12,439 nucleotides of DNA from Candidatus Krumholzibacteriia bacterium (GTDB lineage: Bacteria; Krumholzibacteriota; Krumholzibacteriia; LZORAL124-64-63): positions 1 to 12,439 of the forward strand of contig JAWOID010000032.1 in NCBI GenBank assembly GCA_046484865.1, written 5' to 3'. The notes beneath the pieces were generated by a model. The model was not told the origin of the DNA and did not search any database. It was given only the letters and a program-made list of their open reading frames with translations. Of this stretch, positions 7,324 through 12,439 are shown piece by piece; the stretch's first letter is position 1, and each line of letters starts with the position of its first letter. The position numbers and the translations under genes were made by a program.

Positions 7324-9011
7324 TTGGTGCCGCGCTCCTCGCGCTCCACGCCCTATTCGCGATGCCCGCCTGGTCTTCGCCGGGCCTGGCGGTCGGCGGC
7401 TCGGTGATGGTGGCGAGCGCACACCCGGCAGCCACGGCCGCGGGCGTGGCCGTACTGCGCGACGGCGGCACCGCGGTGGATGCGGCGGTGGCCACGGCCT
7501 TCGCCCTGGCCGTGGTGGAACCATACAGTTCCGGCCTCGGCGGTGGTGGCTTCGCCGTGGGATTCACGCCGGGGCGGGCAGCGGGCGACGCGGGCGAAAC
7601 CTGGGCTCTCGATTTCCGCGAGATCGCGCCCGCCGCTGCTCACCGTGAACTCTACTTCCGGGAAGGCCGGCCGGTCGCGGAACTCTCCCGCACCGGCGGG
7701 CTTGCCGTGGCGGTGCCCGGCATGGTGCGCGGCCTCGAGGAGTTGCATCGGCAAGGGGGGCGGCTACCGTGGCGCCGACTGCTCGAACCCGCCGTGGCGC
7801 TCGCCCGCGACGGTTTCCCGGTTTCGGCGCTGCTGCGCGAACGCATCGCCCGCCACGCCCCCCGGCTGAACGATGCGGCGCGGGCGATTTTCCTGGACCG
7901 CGGCGAGGTGCCGGCCGAAGGGTCGCTCTTGCGGCAGCCCGACCTGGCCCGGACCCTCGCCGCCGTGGCCGCCGGCGGCGCCGACGCATTCCACACCGGA
8001 CGCCTGGCGGAGGCCGTCGCGGCCGGAGCTCGCGGCGCCGGCGGGATCCTGACCGCTCAGGACCTGGCCGCCTTCCGGTCGCGGTGGCGCGTGCCCGTGG
8101 AGGGTCGCTACCGGGGTCTGAGGGTGGTGGGCATGCCGCCTCCCAGCAGCGGCGGCGTGCACGTCGTGGAGATGCTCCAGATCCTCGACGGCTGGAACCT
8201 GGCCGCGGCGGAACACGGCAGCGCAGAGGCTTCGCACCTGCTGCTGGAGGTGATGAAGCAGGCCTTCGCCGAGCGCAGCATGCTGCTCGGCGATCCCGAC
8301 TTCGTGGCGGTGCCGGTCGACCGTCTGCTGAGCCGCGGGCATGCCGACTCGCTGCGGGCGCTGGTGGATCGGCGCCGGGCTCGGCCCCCCGAGAGCATCC
8401 CGGGCGCGCCCGTGGTCGCTCCCGAGAGCGCAGAGACCAGCCACCTGAGCGTGGTCGATGCCGCCGGCGGTGCGGTGGCCGTGACCGTCACTATCAATCT
8501 CGTCTTCGGCAGCGGCGTGGTGGCGCCCGGCACGGGGGTCGTACTCAACGACGAGATGGACGACTTCGCCACCGCCCCCGGTCTGCCGAACGCCTTCGGT
8601 CTCGTCGGAGGAGAGGCCAATGCGGTCGCTGCCGGCAAGCGTCCCCTGTCGAGCATGGCCCCCACGCTGCTCCTGCGCGAGGGCGCCGTCTATCTGGTGA
8701 CCGGCAGCCCGGGCGGATCGCGCATCATCTCCACCGTGCTGCAGACCATCGTGAACGTGGTGGACTTCGGGATGGATCCGTACCAGGCGGTGGCGGCGCC
8801 GCGGCTCCACCACCAGTGGTGGCCGCGGACCGCCTACCACGAGCCCTACGGCATCTCGCCGGATACGCGCCGCCTGCTCGAGGGATACGGCCACCGCTGG
8901 TCCGAGCGCGAGCCCATGGGCAATGCGCAGCTGATCGTCGTCGATCCGGAGACCGGCCAGCGCCGGGGCGCGAGCGATCCGCGCGGGATGGGTCTGGCCG
9001 CCGGTTTCTGA
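7284..9011 (+). CDS. ggt: Gamma-glutamyltransferase (secreted); first 12-13 codons derive from the inserted element
   Basis: GGTAVDAAVATAFALAVVEPYSSGLGGGGF, LDFREIAP, VAVPGMVRGL, PPPSSGG, catalytic ETSHLSVVD, LNDEMDDF, GKRPLSSMAP, GSPGGSRII, PRLHHQWWP, GASDPRG. Confidence 0.95.
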   Translation: MARSRKQFPWNNPLGAALLALHALFAMPAWSSPGLAVGGSVMVASAHPAATAAGVAVLRDGGTAVDAAVATAFALAVVEPYSSGLGGGGFAVGFTPGRAAGDAGETWALDFREIAPAAAHRELYFREGRPVAELSRTGGLAVAVPGMVRGLEELHRQGGRLPWRRLLEPAVALARDGFPVSALLRERIARHAPRLNDAARAIFLDRGEVPAEGSLLRQPDLARTLAAVAAGGADAFHTGRLAEAVAAGARGAGGILTAQDLAAFRSRWRVPVEGRYRGLRVVGMPPPSSGGVHVVEMLQILDGWNLAAAEHGSAEASHLLLEVMKQAFAERSMLLGDPDFVAVPVDRLLSRGHADSLRALVDRRRARPPESIPGAPVVAPESAETSHLSVVDAAGGAVAVTVTINLVFGSGVVAPGTGVVLNDEMDDFATAPGLPNAFGLVGGEANAVAAGKRPLSSMAPTLLLREGAVYLVTGSPGGSRIISTVLQTIVNVVDFGMDPYQAVAAPRLHHQWWPRTAYHEPYGISPDTRRLLEGYGHRWSEREPMGNAQLIVVDPETGQRRGASDPRGMGLAAGF

Positions 9012-9073
9012 GCGTCCCGTGGTGGCCGCGGGCGACATGCCGCCCGCGGCTCCCCGAAGGAGGAGATCCCCTC

Positions 9074-10408
9074 ATGCTCTCGAGGCGACGTCAGGACGGT
9101 GGGCGCAGCAGGCTCGCCGGCTGGGCGCTGGCCGCGGTCGCGATGGCCGCGGCCGGTCCCGCCTGGACCACCGATGGAGGCGCCGCCGCTCCGGAGCGCA
9201 GCGAGTCCCGCCTGCGGGAGCGCGTGGCGGCTCTCTGCGGTCCCGAGCTGGCGGGGCGCGCGGCGGGCAGCCCCGGCGCCGAGCGCGCCGCGAGCATGAT
9301 CGGGGAGTGGATGAGCGCGGCCGGGCTCGAAGCGCCCGCCGGCGGGTCGTTCTTCCAGACCGTGCCGCTCGAGGGTGAGGCGCTCGCGGGCCGGTCCGAC
9401 CGCAACGTGGTCGGCGTCCTCGAGGGGCAGGGTCGGCTCCGGTCGCGCTGGGTGGTGGTGGGGGCGCACTTCGATCATCTCGGCCGGACCGAGCGTGCGC
9501 CCGGACCCCCCGCCGTGCCCCGCGAGGGGCAGTACTACCCCGGAGCCAACGACAACGCCGCCGGCGTGGCTGCGCTGCTCGAGCTGGCGCACCTTTCTCG
9601 CGGCGCCCCCGTCGCCCCCGTCGCCCCCGGTGACGATCGGCGCAGCATCCTGTTCGTCGCGTTCGCGGCCGAGGAGGTGGGGCTGCAGGGATCACGCCGT
9701 TTCGTGGCAGACCTGCCGGTGCCGCGCGACTCGGTGGACCTGATGCTGAATCTGGACACCGTCGGCCGCCTCGGCGAAGGCCGGCTGCACGTGGGCGGCG
9801 TCGGCACCGCCCCCGGCCTGGACGCGCACCTCGACCGCGCGGCCGCCGCCGGCGTGGAACTGCGTCCCTCGCAATCCGGCTGGGCGGGCAGCGACCACGT
9901 GCCGTTCCTCGCCGCCGGCATCCCGGCGCTCTTCTTCTTCACCGGTCCGTATCCGGATTACAACCGCGTCACGGACACGCCCGAGACGCTCGACTTCCCG
10001 GGCCTGGCTCAGGTCACGGGCCTCGTGGCGCGGTTGCTCCAGCAGCTCTGCACCGACCCGGCGCCATTCCCGTTCCGCGAGGTGGCCGGCCTGCCGGACG
10101 ACCGCGAGCCCACACCGGCGGACGGGAGCCGCAGCACCTGGTTCGGCTCGGTTCCCGACTTCGACGCCGGTGCCGGCGGCTACCGGCTGGCGGGCGTGGT
10201 GGCGGGCAGCCCGGCGGCGCGGGCGGGCCTCGGCGCGGGCGACGTCCTCGTGCGGTTCGGCGGAGAGGCCGTGACCGACCTGCCGAGCTTCACCCGGGCG
10301 CTGCGCCTGCATCGCCCGGGCGAGATGGTGGAGGTGGAGGTGCGGCGCGACGGCAAGCTCATGCGCCTCACCGTCGAGCTGGCGGATCGTGCCGAGCGAT
10401 GGCGGTAG
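9074..10408 (+). CDS. M28 family aminopeptidase with signal peptide and C-terminal PDZ domain
   Basis: VVVGAHFDHLG, GANDNAAGVAALLELA, FAAEEVGLQGS, MLNLDTVGRL, SDHVPF, then FGSVPDF...VVAGSPAARAGLGAGDVLVRFGG. Strong RBS GAAGGAGGAG before ATG 9074. Confidence 0.93.
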   Translation: MLSRRRQDGGRSRLAGWALAAVAMAAAGPAWTTDGGAAAPERSESRLRERVAALCGPELAGRAAGSPGAERAASMIGEWMSAAGLEAPAGGSFFQTVPLEGEALAGRSDRNVVGVLEGQGRLRSRWVVVGAHFDHLGRTERAPGPPAVPREGQYYPGANDNAAGVAALLELAHLSRGAPVAPVAPGDDRRSILFVAFAAEEVGLQGSRRFVADLPVPRDSVDLMLNLDTVGRLGEGRLHVGGVGTAPGLDAHLDRAAAAGVELRPSQSGWAGSDHVPFLAAGIPALFFFTGPYPDYNRVTDTPETLDFPGLAQVTGLVARLLQQLCTDPAPFPFREVAGLPDDREPTPADGSRSTWFGSVPDFDAGAGGYRLAGVVAGSPAARAGLGAGDVLVRFGGEAVTDLPSFTRALRLHRPGEMVEVEVRRDGKLMRLTVELADRAERWR

Positions 10409-10517
10409 CGCACCGAGCGACGGCGGTAGCGCACCGAGCGGCGGCAGTAGCGCACCGGGCGACGGCGGTAGCGCACCGACCGACGGCAGTAGCGCACCGG
10501 GCGGCGGCGGGAGTGCG
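10392..10517. repeat. 21-bp tandem repeat, five well-conserved units plus one degenerate unit
   Basis: Units at 10392, 10413, 10434, 10455, 10476 and 10497, consensus CCGAGCGACGGCGGTAGCGCA. The first unit contains the M28 stop codon; there are no spacers. Confidence 0.95.
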
Positions 10518-10531
10518 GATTCGTCCGCTGC

Positions 10532-10669
10532 TCACTCCGGCTCCACGTGCACGAACACCCGCGTCACGTCGGGAAAATCCTCCATGATGCGCGCCTCCAC
10601 GTCGTGGGCGATCGCGTGGGCGCGACCCACGGTCAGTTCGGGATCGACCGCAAGGCGGAGGTCCACCAT
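10532..10669 (-). pseudogene. C-terminal fragment (dimerisation domain) of a cation diffusion facilitator (FieF/CzcD-like) transporter
   Basis: VDLRLAVDPELTVGRAHAIAHDVEARIMEDFPDVTRVFVHVEPE* is the typical CDF C-terminus. An in-frame stop at 10676-10678 lies upstream and all transmembrane-coding sequence is absent. Confidence 0.85.
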
Positions 10670-10675
10670 CTGTTC
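10665..10675. other. Abrupt junction between two unrelated sequences (probable chimeric join)
   Basis: Two genes are truncated at the same point, and base composition and codon usage change to the right. Confidence 0.75.
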
Positions 10676-10875
10676 TCATGGGGCCATGGGTGCGGCAACG
10701 GTTCTCCGCCCCCCGGTTGTCCGGCGACGGCGGGTGATGGCGTCAGAATTGACCCGGACGGGCTCGTGTCCACGAAGCTGCCAAGCCATCCCATGAGCAC
10801 GACGGCCACCGACATGGCCATGATGCGTCGGACAAGACCGCTTCTATTTTTTCCATTCGCGCAGATGCAGGTCAT
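10671..10875 (-). pseudogene. N-terminal fragment of a secreted protein, probably an M16 (PqqL/insulinase-like) zinc protease
   Basis: ATG 10875 has an AAGGA RBS, then a basic n-region and hydrophobic stretch (RRIMAMSVAVVLMGWLG), ending at PWPHEN. This resembles the WPHExSDL.PDP start I recall from bacterial M16 proteases. It is cut at the junction. Confidence 0.55.
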
Positions 10876-10990
10876 CAGAATTCCTTTTCGGATAGTCGTT
10901 GCATGGCCTCACGTGGGCCCAATACGCAATACGCAAATAGTAATACAGTGATGAACAAAGGCAATGCAGGGGATGATGCCCGATGAACAG

Positions 10991-11038
10991 AAAAGCCTTG
11001 CGGTCGAATCTGTTGGAAGATTCGGCCGCAAGGCTTTT
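10991..11038. terminator. Rho-independent terminator, potentially bidirectional
   Basis: AAAAGCCTTGCGGTCGAATCT-GTTGGA-AGATTCGGCCGCAAGGCTTTT: 21-bp arms with one mismatch and A/T tails, about 50 nt after the stop of 11088-11540. Confidence 0.88.
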
Positions 11039-11087
11039 GGGTCTTGAGATGGGTTAACTTGCCCCTGGAAGGGGGCTCGATCGGCGG

Positions 11088-11540
11088 TTAGGCTTTCTTT
11101 TTACCATAAACACCCCTCGAAAGGGCTTCGATTTTTCCTTTTTTGGTCAGCTTATAGAGGGCATTACTGACCTGGCGGGCTTCTAGCCCGGTTCGTTTTT
11201 TCAGTTTTTCCACCGTAATGCCGCTGCGGCTTCTGCTGATCATGCCGAAGATGTTATCCAGCATGGTTGGGGAGTCTGGGGCGGCAGGGGCTTTTGCTTG
11301 TGCTTCTGCCGTCACAGGCTTGATGGCTTTTTTGGAGGGTGCGGTCTTGGCCCTGGATGCCTTTTTGGCCGCCCGGGTTTTGTTTGCCGGGGTTTTGGCC
11401 TTCCGGGGCGCCGGTGATTTTTTCACCGGTGTCGCTTGGGCCTTTTCGGCTTCAAGGGCTTCGATCATTTTCTCCACTTGGTTGGCAAGAGAAGACAGCT
11501 TGGCGGAAACTGCCAATAGTTTCTTCTGAACATCTTTCAT
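11088..11540 (-). CDS. Basic putative DNA-binding protein (N-terminal coiled coil, Lys/Ala-rich histone H1-like linker, C-terminal winged-helix)
   Basis: AGGAGG RBS; KAKTPANKTRAAKKASRAKTAPSKKA linker; C-terminal GITVEKLKKRTGLEARQVSNALYKLTKKGKIEALSRGVY has a wHTH pattern; followed by a terminator. Confidence 0.8.
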   Translation of the reverse strand: MKDVQKKLLAVSAKLSSLANQVEKMIEALEAEKAQATPVKKSPAPRKAKTPANKTRAAKKASRAKTAPSKKAIKPVTAEAQAKAPAAPDSPTMLDNIFGMISRSRSGITVEKLKKRTGLEARQVSNALYKLTKKGKIEALSRGVYGKKKA

Positions 11541-11596
11541 CAGCTTGAGCCTCCTGTTAAAGCGGTTTTGGCCGAGAATTTAGCTATTTGTTTTGA

Positions 11597-11625
11597 GCCC
11601 TAATATATTCCCCTTCGATTGTCAA
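11597..11625 (-). promoter_or_regulatory. Putative promoter for the basic DNA-binding protein gene
   Basis: Perfect TTGACA (11625-11620) followed by AT-rich AATATATTAGGG. The -10 hexamer at 17-nt spacing (TAGGGC) is a poor match. Confidence 0.35.
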
Positions 11626-11703
11626 CCCTGTTTTGAGAATTTTTGCGGTCCTGTTGGAAGTATTAGAGAGGGGCCGTCGTGTGCCAGGAGGCCGGATCAT
11701 TCA

Positions 11704-11952
11704 TCACGGCTCCCTGAAAAAGGCCCACCACACATAGAAGAAGAAAAACAGCCAGGCCGCGATGACCGCCGCATACCCTTTACAGTCCGTTTTGCGTCCG
11801 GCCATGCCGTGCTTGTTGATTTTTCCGACGGGAAGTTTGCACGACGGACAGACCGTTGCATACAAAGCCATGTACTCCATGCATTCCGGGCATTTTTTTG
11901 AGACGAATCCGGCTGGCCTTCCGGATCTTCTTGAGGTATGTGGCGTATTCAT
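11704..11952 (-). CDS. Small zinc-ribbon protein with C-terminal transmembrane helix (hypothetical)
   Basis: KKCPEC...VCPSC pair plus hydrophobic YAAVIAAWLFFFFYVWWAFF. ATG 11952 is preceded by AGGAC; the start could be further upstream. Confidence 0.75.
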   Translation of the reverse strand: MNTPHTSRRSGRPAGFVSKKCPECMEYMALYATVCPSCKLPVGKINKHGMAGRKTDCKGYAAVIAAWLFFFFYVWWAFFREP

Positions 11953-12007
11953 GTCAACCAGTCCTGTCCTTTCTGACACCGGAGAAAATCGCAATATGGG
12001 CGGCCTG

Positions 12008-12439
12008 CTATTCCAGAAATGATTTCTCGATGATGACCCGGCTGTCCGCTTTTCGTGCGTCGATCCAATCCTGGATCAGGATTCTTTGCTTCTGCCCAAG
12101 CAGCATGCTGGTGATGTCCTCCTTTTCGGTTTCGAAAGTGTCGTCTGCCGGTGCTTTTCTCTGCGAGAGCCGGAGCAGGTAAAATCCTGCACTCCCGTGC
12201 ACCGGCGCATCGCTTGTGCTTCCGATAGAGGAGAGTTGAAAGGCCGCAGCATTGAACTTCGGGTCGGAGCCGATTTCCGGTATGGCCGCGTTGCGTGTGA
12301 TCAAGCCGGTTTTTTTCACCGTCACACCACGACGGCCCGCGCTTTCCTCGAATGACTTCCCTTCCCGCAGATCCGCCGCCATCGCTTCGGCTTCTTTCCC
12401 GGCCTTGTCGGTCTGTTTTTTTCGGGTCAGATCCGCCGC
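12008..12439 (-). CDS. ppiD: PpiD-like (SurA-N/parvulin) periplasmic chaperone, C-terminal part (partial)
   Basis: Open to the window edge. KKTGLITRNAAIPEIG...AAAFQLS...PVHGSAGFYLLRL...QDWIDARKADSRVII matches the PpiD C-terminal pattern. Confidence 0.75.
   Translation of the reverse strand, partial: AADLTRKKQTDKAGKEAEAMAADLREGKSFEESAGRRGVTVKKTGLITRNAAIPEIGSDPKFNAAAFQLSSIGSTSDAPVHGSAGFYLLRLSQRKAPADDTFETEKEDITSMLLGQKQRILIQDWIDARKADSRVIIEKSFLE

Noticed and set aside
7769..9073. 879-aa version of the M28 peptidase and other long Arg/Gly/Pro-rich alternative-frame ORFs
   Set aside because: These are off-frame shadows of ggt and other genes. A strong RBS and signal peptide place the start at 9074.
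9604..9630. 9-bp tandem repeat CGCCCCCGT x3 in the M28 gene
   Set aside because: In-frame low-complexity loop expansion (APVAPVAP) with no further signal.
10392..10517. CRISPR array
   Set aside because: Units are contiguous 21-mers with no unique spacers, and no cas genes are present.
10180..10796. Repeat-protein ORFs (RCATAVA.., PSDGGSA.., VRYRRRS..)
   Set aside because: These are translations of the 21-bp tandem repeat. They overlap the real M28 gene and CDF fragment and lack credible starts.
10920..10948. CAATACG x2 short repeat upstream of the secreted-protein fragment
   Set aside because: Too short to distinguish from chance in an AT-rich intergenic region.
10670..12439. Horizontally acquired genomic island or prophage
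   Set aside because: There are no integrase, att, phage or plasmid genes. The content looks like core chromosome and both genes at the boundary are cut mid-gene.

Overview
The window has two parts. About 1-10670 is very GC-rich bacterial DNA. It holds the end of an IS-like element (zinc-finger/HTH transposase N-terminus running off the left edge), a GAF-like/HDOD signalling gene, and thymidine kinase (tdk). tdk is divergent from a translationally coupled run: btpA/sgcQ-like, glucose-1-P thymidylyltransferase, dTDP-glucose 4,6-dehydratase, stand-alone B3/4 protein, gamma-glutamyltransferase, then an M28 peptidase-PDZ. A 21-bp tandem repeat and the last 45 codons of a CDF metal transporter follow. 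A second, internally deleted ~390-bp copy of the same element, with both terminal inverted repeats, sits inside the signal-peptide coding sequence of ggt. Its right end supplies an in-frame ATG and a new basic n-region, so ggt is apparently rescued; this is the most unusual observation. At about 10670 two unrelated genes are cut and joined with no mobile-element signature. The sequence then becomes lower in GC with different codon usage: a probable M16 peptidase N-terminus, a terminator, a basic wHTH protein, a small zinc-ribbon membrane protein and the C-terminus of PpiD. This is most likely a chimeric join between two genomes. All family calls come from motif recognition, not database searches.
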